DNA from: Antedon mediterranea
Lineage: Eukaryota; Animalia; Echinodermata
Direction of reading: 5' to 3'
Length of the DNA: 64,000 bases
NCBI RefSeq assembly: GCF_964355755.1
Contig: NC_092679.1
Span: forward strand, 21,001,432-21,065,431
Shown: in pieces, positions 51,807-64,000 of the stretch
How the letters are laid out: every line of letters starts with the position of its first letter
Position numbering within the stretch: position 1 is the stretch's first letter
Program-made: the position numbers and the translations under genes
The notes under the pieces: model-generated
What the model was told of the DNA's origin: nothing
The model's database searches: none
What the model saw: only the letters and a program-made list of their open reading frames with translations

Positions 51807-54789
51807 TTAAGCTTTCAGATTTATTCGTTTAACATTGTGATAAAATTGTGATATGTTCCTAAACAACCGTGATAAAACATGTGTTTACAGTCATTCTGAA
51901 AGCATATCTAGTTTGAGAATTTATTAATTAAATTATATAAAATGTAAAACTATTAGTTTGTTTCCTATTTCTTCTGTCTTTAAGCGTTTACAAAACTACC
52001 AAACATTACTTAATTTGCATAAATATTGCAAATTAGCTGTTTTGTTAATAAAAGTTCTATAAATAATAAATAACAATTTAAAATATATATAAATTGTTTG
52101 AAGAATTTGTTTGATGTATACAACAATATTCCTTCAGAGATACTTTCTTTCAAATAATTACTTAGGCCTAATGTTTTGTATTATTGGACAACAACATACA
52201 GCATATGCCCACAATATTATGTGTAAATTTCAACTAATATAAATATATTATATTTATTTGGTTAAATCTAATTTAATTTGCACCATAATTTTTAAAATTT
52301 CTCAAATTTGTATTATATGTTTTCAAATTAAATAAACCAAATTCGACAAATGTAATTAAGAAATAAAGAGAATACAAATTGATTAAAGATCGATTTTTTT
52401 TAACAAGAATTCGAGAAGATTGAACCGATAAGAAAGTGTTACACGGCAGTGAGACCGCTCAGGTGACTGTATCAATTTCAACACAATGTCTAAACTCTGC
52501 TGGAAATAACCAAAAAAGCCACGAAAATAAAATAGCACTTGATTTAATCAATTGAAAGTCATTAACGCCAGTTTAAAAACACTTAAAGATTCGGTAATAA
52601 ATAAATGTTACGAGTATAAATCTTTTCCCTCGGGGGAAGAAGTCTACCATTTAGAACAGTTCTATACTGCTAGCGGAACACAAGTTGAATTTTGTCGTGC
52701 GGCAAACACGTAAAATGTATTCTAGTATGGCCTAGTATTACTTTTATAAGTCATCTGTTTTGTTATTTGCAGCAATATTTATTTGCGCATTAACTCGATT
52801 AATTAAGTTGATTTATTTAGGAAGAATAAACTTTGATAGATCACGGTGGTGGCAAATTTAAGCTTAATCAGTTTCGATTTGCCTTACGATAATTAAAGAT
52901 TTTCTTTTGTTTTCTTTAAAAAAATGAATATACTTAATGATGTTATTTGATTAATCAGAAGTTTTAATCTTTTTCAGCCTAGGTTAGAAAGTTGGTATTT
53001 CAGCAGACGGCAAACAAAGTTGAAACAGTACAGTATTTTGGCATATAAATAAGCTTTCAATAAATGGAATCAGGGTATTATTCTCAATATATTAGAACGC
53101 ATACTAGAAGAAACTTCTAGATATTTTATACATTTTAGGCATCCATTTTAAAACCATTACGTTAATAAATATAAATTGTGGTTCTTACGTTAGATTTAGA
53201 AACACCTTTATTGAATATCGAACATAATATTTTTCGTTTCAACGCAAAAGTCGTTAAAATGTACAAGTGATTCAATTTCTGTTTTTGCACTGCTCATAAT
53301 TACCTCAAACCCTTTCAAAATTCCACCCTATTATTCAAATTCTTTGTATTAGGAAAATGAAAAACAGATTATTTAAATATACCAATTGTATCATTAATTA
53401 GAACCATAGTAATTCCAGAATGTGTTTGTGGTTTTTCGATTGTAAAATAGTATAAATTTCGAATCTAGGCCTATGCTCGACAGCCCAGTATTGAGGCAAG
53501 TGGATGGGGAATTGTGTTCGTCCTTGGGTAGTGTTTAGACCTGTTGATATCGCGAGCATAAATGAAAACCTTCAAAAGTGTTAAAATTGACCCATTCTGT
53601 TACAAACGGATATTTTAAAAGGTAAGATTTTTAAATACCTTTTGTATTGACTATCTTAATTATAAATTCTAATTAACCTTTTCAATTTAAGCAAAACGGT
53701 ACTGTCATGCCGTACCCACCGGTGGTATAATCACAAGTCTACGCGTTACCACCGGTACGTCTCCATTTTGTTGAAGTTCCAGACACTCTTCGTGACCGAA
53801 AATGCTTTCCAAGTCAATTCTTTAAATATTAAAATACATCGCTAATAGGTAATTTGTTAAAATAAATTACTAAACCCAATAAAACATTACAATTAATAGC
53901 TTAGACCATTCATTACCATGGTTAAAGGTCTTCTTAATGTAATACATATTTCTTAAATAGGCAACAAGTGCTGTGTTATCGTTTGTCTCCTCAACATTAT
54001 TTATCCACTATCGTAAAAGATTTATTCTGAAACACTGTTAGGCCTACACGTATCTTTAAAACAAATAAATGTACTTTATAGTTGCATCAAACAAGTTAAT
54101 TCGTTTATTGGAGATAAAAAACAATCTGTTGGGTGATGTAGGCTAAATGTGTAGGCTAAATCACATTTCATACGAGGCCTTTAAATGTGTTTAACCAAAA
54201 TCTATATTATTGTATTTCGTATATTTCGTTACTCTGTTGAAACAAAACACTCAATATGTGGTTACTATTCTATAAGTCCTATTGCTGTAGTTGTTGATGT
54301 TCTGTCGCCCTGTTGCATCCAGGCATATGTACCGTATAGGCTACGTATTTATAGCCTGGGTTAGCCTCTACTGTAGCCTTAATACATTCATATTGTGATT
54401 ATGAAATTATAAAAATAATAATTTCTAACCAATTCAGTACCATTATTACATAAATATATTGTTACTTTAACAAACAAAAAATATCAACTAATATTTAAGC
54501 TCAAATTATTTAACGAAACCGAAATATGAAACTAAACAAATTAATATAAAAAATGTACGAAGACTATATGAATAATTCAATTTGTTTTAATTGTTTTTAA
54601 ATTACTTTTACAATTTCTAAGAAATCATTTTCTGTTTCTGCATTACAGAAAATTATTACAAGAAGATTTATCTCAAAACAACCCAAAATTATTTGTAAAA
54701 AATGAAGTTATTAAATTTATGTGCTGACTTTTATAAACAAAACTTGGATTAGTTTCTGCTATTGAGTAATAAAACAAAACAATAATAAG

Positions 54790-55396
54790 CGTAAATAACC
54801 CAAAGGTATAATATGAATGTTAGTGGGCTACTGTAATCGTTAACAATAATATAATACTGTGGCTATATTTAAAGTTCTGTGTATGCCTATAGCCTCAACG
54901 AATCTTAAATACCTTACTTCACGGGACATTAGATCCCATTTATATACCTAAATAACCCAGGCTGTAAAAGGAATTGTTAGTGCGTTATTGTTTTCGTTTA
55001 AAACAGTGAATGTTGTGGATGTTCAGGTATCCTCAACGAAACTTAACATACCTTACTCCGTGGCATGTACAGCCAATTTATACCTAATAACCCAAGGTAT
55101 AAATAACGTTAATGGGATTCGTTTAAACATTAGAAAGTTGTATCTATATTGAAAATTCAAGTATCAGGTATGATCGAAAAATAAATAAACTTTACTCCGT
55201 GGGTTGTGTGGCCCTTTCATAACCTAAACAACACAGGTTTAAAATTAATTTTAATGGGCTAAATTCATTAAAACATTCTGCTAAATTATTCTGGTATCTT
55301 CACAACGAATGGGATACGACCCATTATACCTTAAATAGATAAGGCGTAAAATGAATTGTAGTGGGCTATGTATTCGTTTAAAACATTAGAATGTTG
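54790..55396. repeat. Old degenerate tandem array, ~110-155-bp unit x~5
   Basis: Recurring TAAATAACCCA(A)GG...TTA(G/A)TGGG...TTCGTTTAAAACA...CCTTACT(C/T)C elements at ~54792, 54949, 55085, 55225 and 55331. Confidence 0.7.
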
Positions 55397-56824
55397 TTCA
55401 TGGGAAGTCCTGTCACGGGTGAGAGGAGAGAAAAATGTAGTTGTTTAATATTATGTAGTCAACATCCCAGTTTGGGATGTAACTAGGATGAGAAACAAGA
55501 TGTGTGGTTGGTAACTATTACTAAACTATGTTTATTATAGAGACATTTTTTACATTATTTTACATTTTTACTTGACTACGATGATGGCATAACTATAAAA
55601 CAATGAGACACATACTTTGTTTGTTTGAACTAAGCAAAAGTTTACAATGATTTGTAAAAGTTTTTAAAATATGGAAATTTCTTTTTAACAATATTTTAGA
55701 AACACGAGTAGTTTTGCACGAGTACAGAACAACGGCTTTGTTTTGTTTGTCTCGTAGATATTTGCTTACATTACCATTTAAATTTGAATATATTAATCAG
55801 GGTTAAATTCCATTGCATGGACGTTAAATTTATTGAAATTGTTTTCTACTTGCAAAATAACAACAAAAACAGATTGGTGTTGGCCACTGTATCATGGCCT
55901 CTTCATGTCTTAGTATAGAAATAGAATAGCATAGAAATGAAACACAGTAACACCCATTAGATAATTAAAAATTAAACTCACCTATTTATCTGTGAAATGA
56001 CAGTTAGGCCTTCTGTCAAAGATGAGCTGTAGGTTTATTGATGTCGTTTCCTCGTTCGACCCGTGAATGGACAGTGAGCAAAAACTTTCAGACAGCCTGA
56101 AATATCTAGGTAAACTCCACCGAGCGGGGCGCTGTTTCCTTAAATAGGCCTAAAGCCAAGCGTGTGCAGGCGCGCAGGTAGGCAACAGACGATCGAAATA
56201 AGAAACTCTGACATAACAGATCTAATGAGGATTCTTAGATTATCTGTCTCGGTCTCTTGTTAATACAACTCTATTCTTATAATCGTCATACTGGTGCGGA
56301 TCTTTTGACCAATCAAATTAGCCGAACCGAGACGCTAAGATATGGTCTCAAAATAATACGGTGGTGTATTTGTCATGACAAGTTAGCTTCGACTTAGAGC
56401 CGCCAACAATTTGAATGGTTCGAAGAAATTAATATCTACGGTAAATAAAAAACTGAAATACGGTGTATCGGGTTTCGTATAACTGTTATGCAAGTATTAC
56501 TATTAGGTAGATGGAAGTAAATTAAAAACTAAAGGCTTAGAATAAATTATATTTTATCCTCAGTTTTTTATTTTGCAATAGTTGTTTTTTTGTTAATTTA
56601 TATAATGGTAATTTTATTTTTTACACATAAAAGAAATGCCGGTGTGAAGTTTGGATACAAAATATGATAACATAAATTTCAAATTTCAAATTTGAACTAC
56701 ACGCATGCGTAAAATGTACAACGAAAAGTCTACTGATGATATAACTCGTACAGTACAAGGCGTAGGTCTTTACATAGTGCCTTTATGTTTGTAAACCTGA
56801 TGTGATTTTCTTGGAAAAAATATT

Positions 56825-57295
56825 ATTTACTTATTTGTACTATTTTCATTTAAAAACTTAATTTTTAACTTATAAACTGTACTTCCTTATTTACTGCCAT
56901 GTGCTGTATTTACATTTTAATGACTTAATTCCTAACTTATAAATTACTTATTGTACTCAATTATTTATTGACTAATTTTCTTACTTGTAAATTACGTACT
57001 GTACTTACTTAATTATTGACTTATTTGTTTATTTGTAAATTACTTACTGTACTTACTTAATTATTGACTTATTTGTTTATTTATAAATTACTTATTGTTA
57101 CTTATTTACTGATTTATTTGCTTACTTATAATTACTTACTGTACATATTTATTTACTGACTAATAATTTACTATGTGCTTACATATTTACTGACTTATTA
57201 GATTACTTATAAATTACTTATTTTATTTACTTATTTGCTTACTTACGGTAACTCACTTATTTAAACTTACGTATAAGTTCTCATGCTTACTTCAC
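56825..57295. repeat. Low-complexity degenerate (TTAC/TTAT) repeat
   Basis: Repeated AAATTACTTA, TACTTACT and TTGACTTATTTG motifs. Confidence 0.8.
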
Positions 57296-57767
57296 TGTAT
57301 CATTGTGCATGAAATACAATTGTCGTTCTGGATCTGACATCTCAATATACTTAAAAAGCACAGATGAATAGTGACTTTATAAACCATCTGACTTATGACC
57401 CATTTAACGGATCATTAAACCAAGTAACGGCAACATTGATAGCCACAGAAATCAACAAACAGAAAACATTTACAAAAATGCAGTTGCTATAATATCAGGA
57501 ATTAAGTAAGTAAAATATTGTTGATTATTAAACGATTCCGTTTGTGTCTGAAAACTAGAAATACGCCTTTTTAACACCTGGATGAGAGGTACAGAAAACT
57601 TAATTTATTTTTATTTCTTTATAATTTCACCATCAGTTTATTCTTAGCATCAATTTAAATTTAACAAAAAGAAAATTCTGTAAGACAGGAACAGGAAAAA
57701 CAGTGCACCAAGTGAAAGAGGAACGAATGATGCTTTATTTAAATGATTTCTGTTTGCTGTGATTTAA

Positions 57768-58538
57768 TGAGATGAATATTGATGAGTTGAATATTGATGA
57801 GACGAATATTGATGAGTTGAATATTGATGAGATGAATATTGATGAGTTGAATATTGATGAGATGAATATTGATGCGATGAATATTGATGAGATGAATATT
57901 GATGAGATGAATATTGGTGAGATGAATATTGATAAGATGAAATTGATGAATTGATATTAATGTGATGAATATTGGTGAGATGAATATATTGATGAGATGA
58001 ATATTGATGAGTTGAATATTGATAAGTTGAATATTGATGAGTTGAATGTTGATGAGATGATCATTGATGAGATGAACACTGATGAGATGGACATTGATGA
58101 TGAATATTGATGAGTTAAATATTGATGAAAAGATTATTGATGACATGAATATTGGATGAAATGAATATTGATGAGTTGAATATTGGTGAGATAAATATTG
58201 GTGAGATGAATATTGATGAGACGAATATTGATGAGGTGAATATTGATGAAATGAACATTGATGAGATAAATATTGATGAGTTGAATATTGATGAGATGAA
58301 TATTGATGAGTTGATTATTGATGAGTTGAATATTGATGAGATGAATATTGATGAGTTGAATATTGATGAGTTGAATATTGATGAGATGAATATTGATGAG
58401 ATGAATATTGGTGAGATGAATATTGATGAGTTGAACATTGATGAGATGAACATTGATGAGATGAACATTGATGAGATGAACAGTGATGAGATGACCATTG
58501 ATGAGATGAATATTGATGAGTTGAATATTGATGATGAA
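57768..58538. repeat. 15-bp minisatellite GATGAG(A/T)TGAATATT, roughly 50 units
   Basis: Directly visible; source of the MNIDE, INIHL and SSIFI repeat ORFs. Confidence 0.97.
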
Positions 58539-60181
58539 TTTTAAATCATAAGCAATAATATATGTTTATTAACCATATTTAAAGAGGATCAACCGTGCAG
58601 GTCTTCATTTTAAAAGAACTGAAATTAAGGGGTCCATTAACAATTTACAATTACTGGTACTATTTGAGGATGTTTATCTTACTAACGCAAACTTGTAAAG
58701 AAATGTAAGAATTAAAACCAGGTTTTAAGTTAGTTTTCTGTACATTTACCACGTTAGAATAGCAATGCTTCAAATATGCAAATATTATTTCTTCTTGGGC
58801 TTTAGAATATTAGGCATAAGATACATTTATCTCCTTACCTGCACAGATTAACTGATTGTTTTTGTCGTTGTTTTTAAAACACTGCGGTAATACACGAGTG
58901 ATTACAGGTAGTTAAAAAAAGAAATTCATTACATACCCATCTTCTTTTCTGGCACATTCATTCGTACATTCATGTATACAAACGTAAGCCCGGCCTTGGC
59001 GCGGTATTGCTTTAATTATGCTGATTACTCACTTAATTTTGCCGAGATTTTGTTGCGCTCATTCGGCCACTGAACTTGACACTCAGACGGTGAACAGTCT
59101 CCGTCCACTTATAACTATTAAGATTAACTTAAGAAATTCTTAGTCCTTATTCTTAACTATACGACAGATAGATTTTTAGATTTCCCCGGAGGATCACAAA
59201 ACATTACTTTACTGTGAAAACTAACTTAAGTATTTACTTTTTGAAAGCTCGTACAAATCTTAACTGAGTTCATGAAATCGATTGTTGTGGTGCTTGTGTT
59301 TGTCTCTTCCGTCGTACACATAAACTCCTTAATAAACCACGTTAACAATTATTAAAAGTAAATTGAATTTTTGACCATGGAATAGTGCTGTTTGAAAACG
59401 ATTGTTCTTTGATCATTTTCGATACAATTTGATTTAATTGATTTACTGCGATTATTTCTGGCCTCTGGTTAATATGCTTGGTTTGCCGAAAATGTCTAAA
59501 TTTATTTTCGTCGAGTAATAGTTATTACATGTAATCCATGAGAGAACAGTTTTTTAAACAAATAGATTATTTTCTCATCTTCCATTTACCCACTTATAAC
59601 GTTATTAATTTAGTATTGTACAGTTCTGTTTTGTCGAATGAAATATTAAAACACTTTTGTTCGCATTTTTAATGTAAAAATAGAACCCATCCTTTGGAAC
59701 ATCCCTGTTTGGGGTTACTCGCACCTTATTAAGTGATGTCTGCCTACCCATTACTATACTGTATAATTAAGGGGACACTTATTTACGCTGTAATAAAGGA
59801 ATGGATAACGAAATGTATAGTCAGACGTTTTGGAAAATATATTGTTTTGAAACGTGACTTAAAAACCTTAATTTTGCGGACCAGCGACACTGAACGATAT
59901 GATTTGAATTTAGGAAAATCATCATAACAAATACATACAAAGTAATGACATAAATTACTGACATTACAAATAATATGACATGGAAAATTGAGCCTAAAAT
60001 TGATAATTCAGAACATTATAGGGATTCAAAATTAGAAGTTGATAACTTGTCTTTCAATTGATTCTTTAAAATAAATAAATTACTTGAAATAACAAAATAA
60101 TGATTATATTACTAAAAAATAAACAAATAATACATTAATGATTTATCGTAAAACAAAACCTTAATATAATTTGAAAATACT

Positions 60182-60259
60182 AATGGCGCCAATTCAAAAT
60201 AATGGCGCCAATTCAAAATAAAGGCGCCAATTCAAAATAATGGCGCCAATTCAAAATAA
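60182..60259. repeat. 19-bp tandem repeat AATGGCGCCAATTCAAAAT x4
   Basis: Four adjacent units with one substitution. Confidence 0.95.
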
Positions 60260-62352
60260 GGTCATAGAAAAAAAGGTTTATTAATGTGATAATGTGGTAT
60301 TTTGTCGTGCACAATGTCTTTAGTATTTTATCCCCTGACTTACTTGGACGCCACATGAATACGATTTACTTCAAATGATGATGCTAATTTTGGAATTTTG
60401 CAAGTAGATTAATTAAACTATTTTAGATGTTCTAAATAATGTTATACATAATCCTTGACGGCACCATAACTAACAAAATCCATATGGTTTTTTCAATGTT
60501 GTGTCTTTTTTTTTTTTACAAAAGCAAAATAATATTTCCATAAACGTTTGTTGTTATTTTTTACTAATTTTTATTTATTATGACTTTATGACGTTATCAG
60601 GGGGATTACCACCTATCTGATAGGACAGTGATTATTTTACTATTGGTAATCCTACGTGTGCCTAAAAAATAAAATAAATAAAATGATGATTTTTATATTT
60701 TTGTTATTTTTAACTCCTTATATACACATCATTATCAGACATGGCTAGAAAACGTATTACGCTTTCAGAATGATTGTGTGGGCCTAGTATATGAAACACC
60801 CTAAAGACCAACAGGACACCTGTTATAAAATGGTCTCTATTTTAAAGAAAATTTGTATAAAATCTGTATTTTATAAACTATGAAATATGTCAGTGTAAAG
60901 GCCAATTGATATAGGGTTTAACCATTTATGTGTCAGAATCAATCAACGTTTTTAGCATGAGACGAATGTAAGCCCCTTCATAGGCCTACATATTCCACAA
61001 GTTCAAAACGATAGCCCGTTAAAATAATGACGCGATACGCGCCCCATGCAACTCCCCATTGCAATCGCTTCGATAGTCTGACAGTCGAACTTCAAGCAAA
61101 AGGAGTTCTTGAGGAAATCTGGTTCGTTTTTGGTTGTCAAACAATGGTATATATAAACAGCGCACAACTTAATGCCAAAGGGGTTAATTGACGAAAATGT
61201 TCGCTTACAATGATTTTAGTTCGCGTTATACAAACAGCACGAAACGCGCTACCAAAACTCTCTGATGTATTCGCTTTACCGACAGTTAAAATCAAAAGTT
61301 AAACATGGTTTTTGACGAAACCAGTCGTCAATGTCAGAATATCTCCAGTGGGCAGGGGGGAGAGTGGCAGTCGCATCCCCAAATGTACGCGTAACTATGG
61401 GTAACGCCATGAATGTGCCGTTTGTGTTCCATGAAGGTTGTCAATGTGTTTTTTTTGCTACAAATTGTTCCTTTGATTTATATTACATAAATAACAGGAT
61501 TATTGAGTAGGCCTTGTACTGTTGTAACAGCAATTGCATAATAAGCTTTATTTTGTTTTTTTTTTGTTCTTGACTATGTGAGATACATTCAATGTACATT
61601 CAATATACATTCATTTAACTTTATTCACATATAATACGTACAGTAGAATAATGTGCAAAGGAGCCACAAAATAGATTTCGCTAATCAAAGTTTGACTCCT
61701 GTCACAAAAATAAATTGGTCAAAAAGCATTGATATTTGATATCGATCTAACAACAATAATGTTAATAATTCAATAAGAAAGTTAGGCCTACACTAAATAT
61801 CAATTATTAAGTATGATGAAACCTAATGTAAAATAATCGTGCAATTAGCGGCAACTTGCAATTATCTGACAGTCATATTCGACTGATTTACGGACAGCTA
61901 GCAACTAACTCTTTATGGGTAGTATTACAAATTAGCAAACTTGTCGGCAATTTGCCCGCCGACTATTCCCCTTCATGATTCCATTCCACTTGCGAATCCC
62001 CCATGGACCCTTTTAAGTAGATTACTGGGGCAGTTCTGTCATCTATCAATATTAATAATAATGTTATATGTAAAGACGATGTGTTCCCCCTTACCCTTCA
62101 GCCTTTAGTTTCCCAAAACGTTTACAATCAAGGTCTGTCTGTACTTCAATTGACCCATGTTACAGTGCCCCTTACTAAACCGAGCATCACGTTACCCCCA
62201 TGCAAGAACATTGTGTTACTCCTTGTCACACTGTGTGTGATGTGGAGGTATAACTAATGGAATGGAATTATGGTTCGTTATTAAAATGTTCACCTACTGT
62301 CAAACGTCATTTTTTATCATAACAACAATTCCACTCCCAAATACTTGTTTAA

Positions 62353-62486
62353 AGCTCTGTCTACACTATCAAACTAGACAAAAAAGTGTGATGTGCCCAA
62401 ATTTGGTACTATGTGACACCATCATGTCCATATATGGGCACATCACATTTTTTGTCACATAAAGTTTGATAGTGTTTTAATAGAGC
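62353..62486 (+). mobile_element. MITE family A copy
   Basis: TAA|AGCTCTGTCTACACTATCAAAC...CCATATATGGGCACATCAC...AAAGTTTGATAGTGT; right TIR damaged. Confidence 0.88.
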
Positions 62487-64000
62487 AGCTTGTGTATGTA
62501 ATTGTCCAGTGAACATATTGCCACCTTTGAGAAAGATAGTGAATTGATAGTTCTTAGCAATATTTCTAAATTTAGAATTTAAAAAACATCTCCCACCCCT
62601 TCTTCAAAAGAAAAACATTTATTTTACAAATTATTAAGATATGATACTTACAGAGTGTTGTAGCTGAAACATAGAGTACATGTGAGGTGGGGGAAAAGCA
62701 ATATGAATGTATTCAGCTTAGGTCTAAGTATACTGTAATTCATATTTAGTTTAAGGTACTCCAAATGTCTACAGTATACAACTATTGATCGTAATGATTT
62801 TATAACAGCAAAGATAAGCACAAAGTGAACACACTAGGCCTATTTAACAACAACATCCACTGTTAACCCCACAACAACGTATTATTTTAGGCAATCCAAA
62901 TATTAACTTTATTATATGTTGGAAAATCGTTCATTAACCTTTCTATTCGTCTAAAATGTGATCGGTTGTTTCATGTCCTGGATATAAATTATTTACAATT
63001 ATTTTTTACTATCAATTATTTTCAATTATTTATGCGGATAAATAAATTGCTTTTTTATGTAAAGTGAAATCAACTCCAACTTAAATCAAATTGGATGGAT
63101 GAATTAATCAGTCACGTCCGATTTTATTTTGACGCATTGAACGTCACGCTGACCACAAATTGAGTGAAACTTCTACCGCCAAATGTGATCCTCCATACAC
63201 GTCACTTTTTTTTACTACGCGGCTTCATTACGCCAAAAGTAATCACTATTAAAACTGCTAGTCGCCTATCTCCTTTATCCTTGCCTGTCACATGTCCAAC
63301 CCTCTATATTTGTCTTCTTCCCTACATATATGTTTCCTTATATTACCCCACTTCAGTCAATGTAATAAAGGGGGTCGTGACATAAACCCCTGGAAACTGC
63401 GCGTCGCTGGAAATGATTTCCGTCCATCACTCCTAAGGCTTATTCTGATTTTCAATCATTAATAGATATGGACATTATTTAAAATCGTAAACGGCAGGTG
63501 GAGGTTTCAGTGGTCGATCGTGACAGGGCAATTTTAAGAAAACAATAAAGACAGGCATAGGCCTAATAAGTAAGGGTCCAAGTTGGCGGGTTAGGGACGG
63601 CTCTTGGGGGTCGTGAAGTAGGAGTGGTGTACGCCTAGAAATCGTGTACTAACATGCGTTGACGTCTTTGATATTTATAGTAAACTGTTTTTTTTTTTGT
63701 ATTATTGTATAATGAAGTCGGTTTCAATGTGACAATCAAGCTGTTTTGAAAGTAATATGCTCTACTTTAGTTTGGATTGGCAATAAAAAGGACTAATTTT
63801 TGTAATCCACTTACAAAGAAAAAGTGAAGTGATTTGTGATGTTAAGTTTAAACTATACTCTGTCAATCTTTTTATGTTACAAGTTGTTGTAAAACTAGGA
63901 AAATATTACATTGATTTTAAATAGATTTTACCATGAATTTTCTGAAATTGTCCAAAAGAATATTAATAAAATAGAGAGAAAATACATCCATGCCAGGTAA

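Noticed and set aside
57739-58544. Longest ORFs in the track (135, 127 and 130 aa) as genes
   Set aside because: They are translations of a 15-bp minisatellite with internal frameshifts and no unique domain.
59093-59110. Minus-strand TGGACGGAGACTG resembling miR-184
   Set aside because: Only the first 10 nt match before an indel, the 3' half differs and no hairpin partner is evident.

Overview
AT-rich eukaryotic, most likely marine-invertebrate, genomic DNA with no recognisable host protein-coding exon. The ORF track is essentially noise. The only protein-like signal I recognise is a 32-aa L2-type LINE ORF2 C-terminus (10028-10126, minus strand). By eye, 1-~14.9 kb is CpG-poor (inferred methylated gene body or long intron). 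The rest is CpG-retaining, gene-desert-like DNA, with a promoter-like segment and putative minus-strand non-coding exons at the junction (~15.0-15.8 kb). Short non-autonomous elements are abundant: two PIF/Harbinger-like MITE families (9 and 6 copies), a TTAA-flanked Kolobok-like MITE, a Tc2/pogo-like element, tRNA- and Deu/Nin-type SINE pieces, LINE tails and several tandem arrays. The most notable observations are: (1) a minimal hammerhead-ribozyme-like motif at 28481-28529 beside a dispersed ACGCGCGCGT-motif repeat; (2) 31 exact copies of the palindrome TAGGCCTA; (3) a three-level nested insertion at 42.8-43.2 kb; (4) a 141-bp SINE-derived fold-back inside a MITE; (5) CArG boxes carried by a MITE family and a 135-bp tandem array. 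All calls were made by eye without database searches.
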